Shown here: positions 10,088 through 20,315 of the stretch, one piece after another
Layout: the number at the start of each line of letters is the position of its first letter
Numbering within the stretch: position 1 is the stretch's first letter
From: Longimicrobiales bacterium
GTDB taxonomy: Bacteria; Gemmatimonadota; Gemmatimonadetes; Longimicrobiales; Gaopeijiaceae
Assembly (NCBI GenBank): GCA_965218295.1
Contig: CBDCKN010000009.1
Location: forward strand, 224,001 to 288,000
Direction of reading: 5' to 3'
DNA length: 64,000 nucleotides
Position numbers and translations under genes: made by a program
Notes under the pieces: generated by a model
Database searches by the model: none
Told to the model about the DNA's origin: nothing
What the model saw: the letters and a program-made list of their open reading frames with translations, nothing else

Positions 10088-12024
10088 CTACAGCCCCACG
10101 GCACCCAGCATCTCGTCCATACGGGGATCGAGGCGCAGGTTGTCCCAGTTGAAAGTGTGTCGGACGAAGACCACGTAGCCGATGCGGGCCTCGATGGCTC
10201 GTTCCAGCCGCTCGACCGCCTCGTCGATACGACCGAGGGCGATGAGGGCGACGATGAAGTCGAAATGGAGGGTGAGTTCCGGGCTGGTCCGCTCCAGCTC
10301 CTCGAGCTCGGCGAGGTAGCCCAGCGCCTCCTCCGTCCGGCCCGCCCGTGCGAACAGGGACGCTCCGGAGCCCAGGCCCCCCACACCTCCGGGCGTCAGC
10401 GCCCGGTAGCGCAGGAATTCTTCGATGGCCCGGTCGTGTTCTCCCAGGCGGTCGTAGGCCATGGCACGCCCCTCGATGGCGGTGCGGAAGGTGGGGTCGA
10501 TTTCGAGTGCGCGATCGTAGTGGATCAAGCTCTCCCGGGGCCTTCCCGCGAAGATGTTCGCAGTATCCAAGAGGTCGAGGGCGAGCAACGAGAGCGGGTC
10601 GAGCGACGCGGCCAACTGTGCGGTTTCCAGAAACTCGTCGAAGTGCCCCGAGACCATGTAGTAGTAGCCGGCCCAGTGGCGGACTTCCGCGGATCCCGGG
10701 TTCAGTTCGATGGCATGCTCCAGGCAGCTCCGGGCCGCCGCCAGGTCCCAGTCGTAGAAGAGCCTTACCATCCCCAGCGACACGTGACCCATGGCGATCT
10801 CCGGATTCAGCTCGATGGCGCGCTGGGCGGCCTCCTGCGCCGCGGGGTAGGCCTCTTCGCTGGGGAGTCGGCCTTGGGCCCCGAGGTGGGTGTAGCAGCG
10901 AGCGACCCCGGTATGGGCGAGGGCGAAGTCCGGGTCCAGCGCCAGGGCATCGCGGAAATGGCGGAGCGCCTCCTGAGTCGTGTTCGGCGTCATTTGGTTC
11001 CAGCAGTGCAGACCCCGGAGGTATAGGCTGTAGGCCTCGGAGCTCTCGGTGGGCTTCCGCACCGTGGTCGGTGTCTGCGCCCCCGCCACGGGGAACAGGA
11101 CGCGCAGCTCCCGCGCGATGGTGTCGGCGATCTCGTCCTGGACCGCAAAGATGTCCTCGAGCACCCGGTCGTAGCTGTTGCTGAAGAGGTGGTAGCCGTC
11201 GGCGGTGTCGACGAGCTGTGCGGTGATGCGCACGCGGTTCCCCGCTTTACGGACGCTGCCCTCGAGCACGGCCCCGACGTTCAGCGCCCGGCCGATCTCA
11301 CGGACGTCCTCGTGCCTCCCCTTGAAGACGAAGGACGACGTGCGTGCCGTCACCTTCAGGTCCTCGAACTTGACCAGGGCGTTGAGAATCTCCTCGGTGA
11401 TCCCGTCGGTGAAATATTCGTTCTCGAGGTCCGAGCTCATATTGACGAAGGGGAGGACTGCGATGGACTTCTGGGTCCGGTTGCCGCTGGACGACAGATC
11501 GGCGGGCGACGGAACTGCGAGTGCGGACGCGGCCACGGCGTGGATGCTCAGAGGCCTCTGGACGTTCTTGAGCTCGAAGTCCCCCAGGGCTCGCGTGGGA
11601 AAGCGGGGATGGTTCTTGAGCTCCTCGTAGACCCCGCCCGAGATGAGCACCGATCCCGCAACCGCAAGCCCCTGCACCCGGGCGGCCACGTTGACACCGT
11701 CGCCGTGTACGCCGTCCTGGTCGTGGACGATGTCGCCGATGTGGAGGCCGATCCGGACGGGGATGGGGGGGCCAGCCGGAAGCGACGCTGGATGTCGACG
11801 GCGGTGTCCACCGCCTGTACCGCGCTCGGAAACACACTGAGGGTTCCGTCGCCATAGAACTGGACGATCTCACCCTGGTGGGCTTCGATGCCCTCACGTA
11901 GCACTGTCCGGTGACGATCCCGCAACGTCGTGGCCCTGGACTCGTCCTCCTGCATGAGGGCCGTGTAGCCCACCATGTCCGTGAACATGATCGCGGAGAG
12001 TCGTCGGGTGCGTTCCTCGCTCAT
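10088..12024 (-). CDS. Adenylate/guanylate cyclase-TolB-like-TPR protein, frameshifted near 11765-11771
   Basis: MFTDMVGYT and YGDG in ORF 11548..12024; SIAVLPF/EGSVRK and TPRs in ORF 10088..11689; shift falls in a G run. Confidence 0.85.
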
Positions 12025-12092
12025 GTGCTCAAGATGCTGCGAAGGTCAGCAAACCGCGAGCAGATCCCCCCTACAGCCGCCGCCTGAGTCGT

Positions 12093-12506
12093 TTACGCAC
12101 CTAATGACCCGAACTCCGCCCTGATCCTGGCGATGATCTCGGTCGTGGAAATCCCGGGTGTGTAGCCCACCAAGCGGTAAATGCCCATCTCGATCGGAAT
12201 CTTGTAGCAGAGCTCTTCCATCTCGCTGGAAAAGTCATCTCCGTGCAGGATCAGGTCGATATTGTGCTGTTCGATCCAGGCACGGTCGATCATGAGTGGT
12301 GCGTTGGATACTACTTCATCAACGTAGCGACAGCCCTCGACCGAAGCCACGCGCTCCTCCATGGAGAGTATCGGGCGGCCCTTGTAACTCATCACCGTTT
12401 CATCGGCGTGAACACCCACTAAGAGGTAGTCACCGTGCTTTCTGGCCTGTCTGAGGAAATTCACGTGACCGTAATGGAACAGGTCGGCCACCATATCGAC
12501 GTACAC
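12093..12506 (-). CDS. Cytidylyltransferase-family (HxGH) protein
   Basis: DLFHYGH, HGDD, GISTTEII. Confidence 0.85.
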   Translation of the reverse strand: MYVDMVADLFHYGHVNFLRQARKHGDYLLVGVHADETVMSYKGRPILSMEERVASVEGCRYVDEVVSNAPLMIDRAWIEQHNIDLILHGDDFSSEMEELCYKIPIEMGIYRLVGYTPGISTTEIIARIRAEFGSLGA

Positions 12507-12516
12507 GCGTGTGATT

Positions 12517-12640
12517 TCAGGTCTCCTGGCTTAGGTGTATGCCGTTATTAGTAAGACTGTGCAGGCCGATCACCGAACCGATGTCCAGGTCATCGTCCCA
12601 CTCGATGACGAGCAGGCCCCGATAACATAGCGGTCGAGCC
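12517..12640 (-). pseudogene. LicD-like nucleotidyltransferase remnant
   Basis: IEWDDDLDIG resembles the LicD WDDDxD motif, directly upstream of the cytidylyltransferase. Confidence 0.5.
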
Positions 12641-12786
12641 TCATCCAGCGGCTGGGCCTCCCGAACTGACGTGCCATGAGCGCGTTGAACATGGTGGGCC
12701 ACCTGACGGTGCGCTGAGCCTCCCATACCCGAGGAGGCGGCCAGATTCCTGGCCGCCAGACCTCGGGCAAGGCGCGGGTTGGCTCC

Positions 12787-13275
12787 CTAGCTTGAAACGA
12801 TACCGACCTCTGAGCGCGTCAGGTCTGGCTTCAGATAGAGCACGATCACCTGATCCGATTGCACCGAAAGCACTCTGGTCTTGATCCCGTCAGGATCGAA
12901 CGCCTTCCCTCCGAACAATCCCAGACCGAGGTCAGACTGCAGAATTGGCAGGACCGGATAGACCTTGAGCTGGACCGTGCCGGTTCCCCGGGCCAAGCCC
13001 GCGGGAATCTGCAGGTTCTTGAACTTCGAGCAACCCACTCTGCCCAGCAGGTGAAGGCGGTCGTTGGAATCGACCACGTACACGCTCACCTGGCGGCGGT
13101 GGTCGTTCATGACGTGGACCGTCGGGCCTTCCTCTGCGCCAGAGGCTACCACCGGCGGGGCGACCCGGTCGAGTGTATCCGCACGAAGCGTCGTCGTCGC
13201 TACCGTAGCTACCAGCAGCGCCAACGCGGGAACTATGCGTGAGATCATCTTCATATTCTTAATCATCAATTTCAT
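12787..13275 (-). CDS. Hypothetical secreted protein
   Basis: Signal-peptide-like N-terminus; no recognised family. Confidence 0.55.
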   Translation of the reverse strand: MKLMIKNMKMISRIVPALALLVATVATTTLRADTLDRVAPPVVASGAEEGPTVHVMNDHRRQVSVYVVDSNDRLHLLGRVGCSKFKNLQIPAGLARGTGTVQLKVYPVLPILQSDLGLGLFGGKAFDPDGIKTRVLSVQSDQVIVLYLKPDLTRSEVGIVSS

Positions 13276-13377
13276 CCCTGTCAGAGTATTCCAGCGTCAG
13301 GACGCCTCGTCCTGTAGTTGACAGTGAGTGCGCCAAGGGCTCGATCTCTTACACTCCCGATCGCCGCGCATTGAGTG

Positions 13378-13480
13378 GTGATCAAGTCTGCCGTTCGAGA
13401 CCGCGACGTCGGCGGCAAAGCCAGGCGTGCCGGTGCCGTCGATGACGGTGCCGCCGCGGATCAGGACGTCGTACGTCTGG
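13378..13480 (-). pseudogene. N-terminal remnant of a D-aminoacylase-type amidohydrolase
   Basis: Minus strand reads TYDVLIRGGTVIDGTGTPGFAADVAVSNGR. Confidence 0.65.
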
Positions 13481-13666
13481 GCGTCGACGGGGGGTGCGGC
13501 GAGGGTGGCGGCGACGTGTTGTGGCGAACTACTGTTCCGATTCCGCGGAGAGCGCCGAGACCGGCGGGAACCCCGGAGGGCTTCCGGAGCACTATGGAAA
13601 GAGGTGTGCGAATCCTGGAACCGACAGTCCGGCGGGTCCTACCGTCGACATCAGGGAGGACGGCTC

Positions 13667-14998
13667 ATGCGAGATCACCAACGACGCGTATACGACTCGG
13701 TGCTCGGCCTGCTCTGTGATACTGAGAATCCCACGCCTCTCGTGCGGCTCAATCGCGTGGTTCCGTTCGAGCACGCACAGGTGTACGCAAAGCTCGAGTG
13801 GTACAACCCGTTCGGCGCGGTCAAGGATCGCATCGCCGCCAACATGATCGCCGATGCCGAGGAGCGGGGAGTGCTGGACCTGGAGCAGAAGCTGGTCGAG
13901 CCCACGTCGGGGAACACCGGGATGGGCTTGGCCATGATGTCTAATGCGAGGGGGTATTCGCTCACCACCCCGCTGTCATCGGCAATCCCACTCGAGAAGC
14001 GCACGATGCTTCGGTTCTTCGGTGCGGACGTGATCGAGCTCGAGGACACGCTTTGCCCCGCTCCCGGCGCTCCCGAGGGAGCGATCGCCAGAGCCAACGA
14101 GCTGGCCGAGGCTCCCGACTTCCACATGCTCAATCAGTATCAGAACGAAGCCAATCCCGAGGCGCACTACAAGACCACGGGCCCCGAGATCTGGCTCCAG
14201 ACCGACGGCGCCGTAACGCACTTCGTGGCCGGCCTGGGCACCTGCGGGACGATTACGGGGACGGGACGGTTCCTGAAGGAGAAGAGCCCCGGCATCAAGG
14301 TTCACGGCGTGCACCCGGAAGAGGGACACGACATCCCTGGGGTGCGGAGCCTTCGCCAGCTCCAGCAGACCGAGCTCTTCCGGCCCAACGAGTATGACAC
14401 CCTGGTCGAGGTGACCAACCAGGCGGCCTTCGACCTCTGCCTCCGGCTCAACCGTGAGGAGAGCATCATAGCCGGTCCGAGCTCCGGCATGGCTCTCGCT
14501 GGTGCCTTCGAACTGGTACCGGACGAGCCCGGTGTGCTCGCCGTGGTGTTGTTCCCGGACAATGCCTTCAAGTACGCCTCGTCCGTGCCCAAGCACCTCC
14601 CACATCTGGGCTCGACCGCGGCCCCCAGTCCACGCGAGCACATGATGGACGCGCTCGTCGAGAACGTGAGGGGCACGCCGGGCCTCACCATCGAGGTCGG
14701 GCCCGCCCACGAGCTCATCGAGACCGCGAATGCTCTGGTGGTCGACGTACGTGAGCCCGATGAATACGTGAACGTGCGTATTCCCGGTGGGCTTCTGATG
14801 CCACTGCAGGAGATGAGTGAGTACGTCGACATGCTGCCCGAGGATCGCGAGGCCCCCATCCTCGTGGTCTGCTCCGCAGGCGTACGGTCTCTGTCCGGCG
14901 CTCTGTTCCTCACTTCCTTGGGCTATCAGGATGTGCGCAGCATCAATGGCGGAACCACGGCGTGGGCGCAGCAGGGCTACGAAGTCGTGAGCGGCTGA
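13667..14998 (+). CDS. PLP-dependent cysteine synthase fused to a C-terminal rhodanese domain
   Basis: NPFGAVKDR, PTSGNTG, GTCGT; rhodanese DVRE and CSAGVRS; GGAGGA RBS. Confidence 0.88.
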   Translation: MRDHQRRVYDSVLGLLCDTENPTPLVRLNRVVPFEHAQVYAKLEWYNPFGAVKDRIAANMIADAEERGVLDLEQKLVEPTSGNTGMGLAMMSNARGYSLTTPLSSAIPLEKRTMLRFFGADVIELEDTLCPAPGAPEGAIARANELAEAPDFHMLNQYQNEANPEAHYKTTGPEIWLQTDGAVTHFVAGLGTCGTITGTGRFLKEKSPGIKVHGVHPEEGHDIPGVRSLRQLQQTELFRPNEYDTLVEVTNQAAFDLCLRLNREESIIAGPSSGMALAGAFELVPDEPGVLAVVLFPDNAFKYASSVPKHLPHLGSTAAPSPREHMMDALVENVRGTPGLTIEVGPAHELIETANALVVDVREPDEYVNVRIPGGLLMPLQEMSEYVDMLPEDREAPILVVCSAGVRSLSGALFLTSLGYQDVRSINGGTTAWAQQGYEVVSG

Positions 14999-15031
14999 TG
15001 CAAAGGCCCCGTAGGGGGGCGCGCGTCCGCC

Positions 15032-17233
15032 TCACCGCGCCAGCGGGTCCGGCCGCAGCTGGAACTTCATGACCTTGCTAGGCGTGCCCTTGCCGCCTTC
15101 CATGTGGAACGGCGCCCGCGTGCTCACGGTCGCCCACAGGCCCCTCCCCTTCCAGCCCCCCTCCGGATCGTCGATGCGGCCGTCCATCCACTTGGTATAG
15201 AAGCCGAGTGGATAGGGCACCCGCAGAACCACCCAAGCTCCGTCTACGAGGGCCAAGAGCCCTTCGGACGCGTTGCCGGTGTTGATCGGCACGTTCTCGC
15301 CGAGGCCGAGCGTGTTGAACTGATCGACCCACGTGTAGTAGCTCGCCTCGGCGCTGCCCGGGGTGGTCACGCCCTGGATCTGTGGGAGCGGCTCCTCATA
15401 GAAGGTCCAGCCCTCGGGACAGTGCCGGCCCGTGGCCGTCGGTCCGTTGAGCGGTCCCGTGCACTTGCTCCGGTCGAAGCTGGCCATGTGCCCGCTGGCG
15501 AGCGCTGCCCACATCACCCCGTTCCGGTCGACGTCTCCGCCGCGCGGCGAAAACCCTTCGATGGGCGCCCCCGAGGCGTCCAGCGGCAGCTCGTATAGTT
15601 CGGCCAGCGCCGTCTCCGGCGGGTTCGCCCCCGGATCCAATCGTACGACGGCGCCCGGATACCCCAGCGACGTCGCCCACACGGAACCGTCCGGGGCGGG
15701 CGACACAGCGTAGAAGCCGGCCGCGATCCTCTTGTCCTTCGTGGGGTCGACCGGCTGGTTGGGCTCCACGTAGTCGTCCCGCGTCCCGTTGCCGTTGGTA
15801 TCGAGGACGAGCGCCGTCCAGCCCTGCGAGGCCTCCTCGTCGCCGGTCTCTTCGAACATCCTTGTGTTCAGCCAGCCCACGACCTGCCCGCCGCCGCTCG
15901 TCCAGAGCGTGTTGTCCTCGTCCTCGGCGAACATGAGGTGGTGTGTGCTGAAACAGGTGCTGATGTGGGTGAGCTCCTCCGTCTCCGGATCGTACATCGC
16001 AAGGTGGCGCCGAGCGCGAGCAGTGGGGAAGAGCTTCGCCGACGCGTGGTCCGACCCCTCCCGGCAGAATTCCGGATTGTCCGGGGGGCGCACAGTGGAT
16101 GTGAGCCAGACCCGGCCCCTCTCGTCCAACATCGGGTTGTGGACGTTGTTCTTGCTCGTCCAGATGGGCTCGTCGCCCCAGTACGGCGACGGTCGAAGCA
16201 TGCCCGGACCCGAGGCCGGCTGCGTGCTCGGATCGCGGACGGTCAGACCGACCTGGCTCGCCGTGTGGCTCACCGGATCCAGAACGGGCACGTAATCCGC
16301 GCTGGCCTCCAGCGCCCCGTAGATGGGCCCGTTCGCGTTGACCGTGGGATTCCGCCTATCCGTGGAGGCCTCGTCATGGAGGTACGCCTTCGGATCGGCC
16401 CAGTCCCACACCGTGACGACCACGTTGCGCTCCACGCCCTGCGGCCGGGGAGGTGCCGGCGGCGCCTCGCCCGCGGCGATACGGTCGGTCCAGTCCGCGA
16501 ACATCTCCAGCATCGCCTGCCGGCCCATCCGGTCGAAGCCGGCGCTCATGCTCGCTCCGGCCTGGCCCGACTGGATCCGCCGGTCCCATGCGTCCACGGA
16601 GGACTCGAAGTCGCCCAGCTCCTCGGGGATATGCCGGGTGCCGATGGTGCCGAGCTGATGGCAGGCGGTGCAGTTCCCCGACTTCACGAGCCTGAGGAGC
16701 TGGGCCTGGTTCCGGATGTTCGGCGAGATACCGTTCCCCCCCTCTCCGGTCCCCGGGAACTGGTCCGCCTCGGGCATGTGGAGCAGCGACAGCCAATAGC
16801 CCGCCGGATAATACTCCGCCGCCGTCCGGGCGTCCGGTGCCGGCACCGCGGTCAGGTTCCGGACCCTGCCGGGCGAGGTGTGAAGCTTCTCCGAATCCAC
16901 CAGGCCGTAGCCGCGCACCCACACGTCGTAGCTCGCCTCGGGAAGGTCGGGGATCAAGTAACGACCCCGGTCGTCCGTCACCACGATCCGGGCGAAGCGC
17001 GTCGGAAGGTCTGCCGTCTCCGCGATCACCCAGACGCCGGCCTCCGGTCCGCCCGGCCCCGTCACGACGCCTCCGATATCGTCGTCGTCGATGCTCGGTG
17101 TGTCGGTGGCAGGCTGACAGGCGGTCATGGCGGCGACCGTCGTCAGGGTGGCGAGCGCCGTCAAGGCGGCGACCGCTCCCTTCGCGAAGCGGCCGCCGGA
17201 ACGGAAAAGGTGTGCCATCGTCCACGTCCTCAT
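15032..17233 (-). CDS. Exported carboxypeptidase-regulatory-like domain protein with a c-type heme motif and beta-propeller-like C-terminus
   Basis: Lipobox-like MTAC; VWVRGYGLVDS; CTACH (CxxCH). Confidence 0.7.
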   Translation of the reverse strand: MRTWTMAHLFRSGGRFAKGAVAALTALATLTTVAAMTACQPATDTPSIDDDDIGGVVTGPGGPEAGVWVIAETADLPTRFARIVVTDDRGRYLIPDLPEASYDVWVRGYGLVDSEKLHTSPGRVRNLTAVPAPDARTAAEYYPAGYWLSLLHMPEADQFPGTGEGGNGISPNIRNQAQLLRLVKSGNCTACHQLGTIGTRHIPEELGDFESSVDAWDRRIQSGQAGASMSAGFDRMGRQAMLEMFADWTDRIAAGEAPPAPPRPQGVERNVVVTVWDWADPKAYLHDEASTDRRNPTVNANGPIYGALEASADYVPVLDPVSHTASQVGLTVRDPSTQPASGPGMLRPSPYWGDEPIWTSKNNVHNPMLDERGRVWLTSTVRPPDNPEFCREGSDHASAKLFPTARARRHLAMYDPETEELTHISTCFSTHHLMFAEDEDNTLWTSGGGQVVGWLNTRMFEETGDEEASQGWTALVLDTNGNGTRDDYVEPNQPVDPTKDKRIAAGFYAVSPAPDGSVWATSLGYPGAVVRLDPGANPPETALAELYELPLDASGAPIEGFSPRGGDVDRNGVMWAALASGHMASFDRSKCTGPLNGPTATGRHCPEGWTFYEEPLPQIQGVTTPGSAEASYYTWVDQFNTLGLGENVPINTGNASEGLLALVDGAWVVLRVPYPLGFYTKWMDGRIDDPEGGWKGRGLWATVSTRAPFHMEGGKGTPSKVMKFQLRPDPLAR

Positions 17234-17499
17234 GTCGCTCCTCCTGCTCGGGCCTCGGGCTCGGCCTCCGCCCCGGCGCATGTGCCGAGCGCGACCAGCG
17301 CGCACAGGGCCGTCCATCTCAGTCGATCGGGACGCCGCATCACAGCCCCCTCGAGCCGGCATCGTGCGATCCGCGGGAGTCGGCCGCGCGTGCGGCCGGG
17401 CGGGTCGATGGGTGGGAGAGTAGGAGGGGGGGAGTGGGGGGACAAGGCGGAGGTTGGTCGCCTCGGGCCGGGATCCCGTTCGCAAAGTCCGCAACCGGA

Positions 17500-17533
17500 T
17501 TGCGAAAACATATCCGTTCGGGCATTATATCGT
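17500..17533 (+). promoter_or_regulatory. Sigma70-like promoter, probably giving a leaderless mRNA
   Basis: TTGCGA-17 bp-CATTAT, 5 nt before ATG 17534; no SD. Confidence 0.5.
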
Positions 17534-18052
17534 ATGAGCGAGATTCGGACGTTACGGAGGACAGTCGGGGTAACCCAGGCCGTGCTGGCGGATGCGGCCG
17601 GGACGTCACAGCCGACCATCGCAGCCTACGAAACGGGGCGAAAGAGCCCCACGCTCGGCACCGTCAGACGGCTGGCGGAGTCAGTCGGGCTCGCAATGAG
17701 CGTGCAGTTCCATCCTCCGCTGACGAGGGAGGATCGCCGTAGCATCTGGCTCCATCGGTCGATCGCGCTGCGGCTGGAAGAGCGGCCCAGCTGGGTGTTG
17801 AAGCGGGCCCAAGAGACTCTGAAGAAGATGCGTCACGCCAACCCCGGAGCCCGACAGTTGCTCGACGAGTGGGGCGTACTTCTGAAGAGGTCGATTCCCG
17901 AGTTGATCCCGGTACTCACCGATCCCGGTGCGCGCGCACGAGAACTCCGGCAGGTCACGCCGTTCGCCGGAGTGCTCTCGGCCAAGGAGCGTGCAACCGA
18001 GTACCGAGCCTTCGCCGAGGAGGAGAGGAAGAGGAGGCGCAGTGACTCGTGA
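17534..18052 (+). CDS. XRE-family HTH protein (putative antitoxin)
   Basis: TQAVLADAAGTSQPTIAAYETGRKSP; C-terminal LRQVTPFAGVL. Confidence 0.8.
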   Translation: MSEIRTLRRTVGVTQAVLADAAGTSQPTIAAYETGRKSPTLGTVRRLAESVGLAMSVQFHPPLTREDRRSIWLHRSIALRLEERPSWVLKRAQETLKKMRHANPGARQLLDEWGVLLKRSIPELIPVLTDPGARARELRQVTPFAGVLSAKERATEYRAFAEEERKRRRSDS

Positions 18053-18599
18053 TGGCTTCGAGCACGCGGTCCGAGCCGCCGCCGCGGTCCTTGGCGTCGA
18101 CGAGGTGCTCGTGATTGGAAGCCAAGCCGTTCATGCATCTCTTGACGAGCCACTCCCTGAGGAGGCTCTTCGTTCGGTCGAGGTAGACGTGGCCGTGCTC
18201 GGAGACGAGGATGGCCACCAGGCCGATCTGATCGATGCCTCGATCGGAGAGGCATCCATGTTCCACCAAACGTTCGGATACTACGCCCAGGGGGTGGTGG
18301 AACGGACGGCTGTGTTGCCGAAGGGCTGGAAGGACCGACTGGTTCGGTTGGAATCGCCGGGCACGAACGGCGTCGTCGCACTCTGCCTGGAGCTCCACGA
18401 TCTCTGGATCTCGAAGGCCATCGCAAACCGCCAGAAGGACATTGAGTTCTGCCTCGCGCTGCTCGAAATCGGTGTCGTCGACCCTGTTGAGTTGCGTGCC
18501 CGCCTCGGTCTCGTCGTGGACCTACCGGAGGCACTCCGCCGAATCGTAGAGGCCCGCATTCCTGTCGCGGGACCCTCGTCCTCTAAGGACAGCCGGTGA
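18042..18599 (+). CDS. DUF6036-like nucleotidyltransferase (putative toxin)
   Basis: VIGSQA, SVEVD, FHQTFGYYAQGV, KD; overlaps the HTH gene. Confidence 0.72.
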   Translation: MTRDGFEHAVRAAAAVLGVDEVLVIGSQAVHASLDEPLPEEALRSVEVDVAVLGDEDGHQADLIDASIGEASMFHQTFGYYAQGVVERTAVLPKGWKDRLVRLESPGTNGVVALCLELHDLWISKAIANRQKDIEFCLALLEIGVVDPVELRARLGLVVDLPEALRRIVEARIPVAGPSSSKDSR

Positions 18600-18726
18600 C
18601 CTCGCGGCGGGCAAGATTGCGGACACCATCCACGTGGACGGGGATCCGCTGAGAGACATCAACGCGCTGAGACGAGCCGTCCTCGTGATGAAGGATGGCG
18701 TGATCTACAGGAGGCCCGAGGAATGA
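18595..18726 (+). pseudogene. C-terminal remnant of an amidohydrolase
   Basis: GDLAAGKIADTIHVDGDPLRDINALRRAVLVMKDGVIY*. Confidence 0.7.
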
Positions 18727-20150
18727 AACGCACACTCACCATCGGAATCGCCCTGCTCACCGGAACGCTGCTGTTAGGCTGCGGCCCCGCAGACGAGGGT
18801 GGCGGTGACTTCGACCTGGTCATCACGAGTGGCCGGGTCATGGATCCCGAATCGGGTCTCGACGCCGTCCGCACCATCGGAATCCGGGGCGGCAACATCG
18901 CTGCGATCGTCGACGGGGAGATCGATGGCGCACAGACGATCGACGCCACCGGGCTGGTCGTCGCGCCGGGCTTCATCGATCTGCACGAACATGCGCAGTA
19001 CGAGGAGGCCTACGCCCTGATGGTGAGGGACGGAGTCACCTCGGCGCTCGAGCTGGAGGTCGGCACGCCGGACGTGGGCGCGTGGTATGCCGCGCGTGAG
19101 GGAGGGCAGATCGTCAACTACGGAGTGAGCATCGGACACATCGGCGTCCGAATGGACCTCCTCGACGATCCCAGTGAGGGCATTCTGCCCGCTGGGATCG
19201 GAGGTTCGGGAAGCGTGACGCCCGAACAGCTCGATGAGATGGAGCGCCGGATTCGAGAGGGTTTGGCTCAGGGGGCGGTAGCCGTAGGCTTCGGGGCCCC
19301 GTATACACCCGGCGCGACCATGGACGAGATCGAGCGCATGTTCGGCGTGGCGGGTGACATCGGGGCCCCGATCCACATTCACATGCGGAGCGGCGTGCCG
19401 GGCTTCGACTCCACGCTCGCCGCGGCCCGCCGGGCCGGGGCCGCGCTCCACGTCGTGCACATCAACTCGACCTCCGGGCGCGACATCGACCGGTTTCTGG
19501 AGATGGTCGAGGAGACGCGGGCGGCCGGCCAGGACCTCACGACAGAGACGTACCCGTACGGCGCGGGCATGACCGAGATCCAATCCGCACTCTTCGACGA
19601 CTGGGAGAGCTGGAGCGACGAGGACTTCGAGCGCCATCAGCTCGTGTCGACCGGACAGCGGGCTACGCGGGAGACGTTCGCGCAGGCGCGCAGGGAAGGC
19701 GGCACCGTGATCAACCACAGTCGCACGGAAGACATGACACGGACCGCCGTGTTCAGCCCCCTCACGATGATCGCGAGCGACGGCTTCCTCGTGGACGGCC
19801 AGGGCCACCCGCGGACCTCGGGCTCGTACTCGAAGGTGCTCGGGCGCTACGTCCGTGAGGAAGGCGGGCTCACGCTCATTGACGCCCTCAGGAAGATGAC
19901 GGTCATGCCCGCCCGCCGACTCGAGGCGCGCGTTCCCTCGATGGCGAACAAAGGACGCATCCGTGTCGGCGCCGACGCCGACATCACGATCTTCGATCCG
20001 GAGACGGTGATCGACCGCTCGACCTACGAGGACGCTACGATCCCCGCCGCAGGGATTCCCTACGTGATCATCGAGGGGGAGATCGTCGTCGATGACGGAG
20101 AGGTCACGGACGCCCGGCCCGGCCGCGCGATTCGGGCACCGATCGGATGA
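18723..20150 (+). CDS. Amidohydrolase (N-acyl-D-amino-acid deacylase family) lipoprotein
   Basis: PGFIDLHEH, HIH, ASDG, HPR, GADAD. Confidence 0.88.
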   Translation: MKRTLTIGIALLTGTLLLGCGPADEGGGDFDLVITSGRVMDPESGLDAVRTIGIRGGNIAAIVDGEIDGAQTIDATGLVVAPGFIDLHEHAQYEEAYALMVRDGVTSALELEVGTPDVGAWYAAREGGQIVNYGVSIGHIGVRMDLLDDPSEGILPAGIGGSGSVTPEQLDEMERRIREGLAQGAVAVGFGAPYTPGATMDEIERMFGVAGDIGAPIHIHMRSGVPGFDSTLAAARRAGAALHVVHINSTSGRDIDRFLEMVEETRAAGQDLTTETYPYGAGMTEIQSALFDDWESWSDEDFERHQLVSTGQRATRETFAQARREGGTVINHSRTEDMTRTAVFSPLTMIASDGFLVDGQGHPRTSGSYSKVLGRYVREEGGLTLIDALRKMTVMPARRLEARVPSMANKGRIRVGADADITIFDPETVIDRSTYEDATIPAAGIPYVIIEGEIVVDDGEVTDARPGRAIRAPIG

Positions 20151-20315
20151 GCGCTCTACCGCAAGGTCACGGTCAAGGTTCGCGAAGGCATTGCAGATGG
20201 CTTTTTCGACGACGGCGACCGTGACGGTCGACGGGGACGTCTGGGTGGAAGGAGGGCGGCTCATCGCGGTCGTTGACCGCTAGCGAGTGCGGAGAACGCC
20301 GCCCAGGAGTTCTCG

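Noticed and set aside
15938..17533. 704-aa ORF 15938..18052 as a single protein
   Set aside because: The N-terminal part is the antisense shadow of the 15032..17233 gene; only 17534..18052 looks coding
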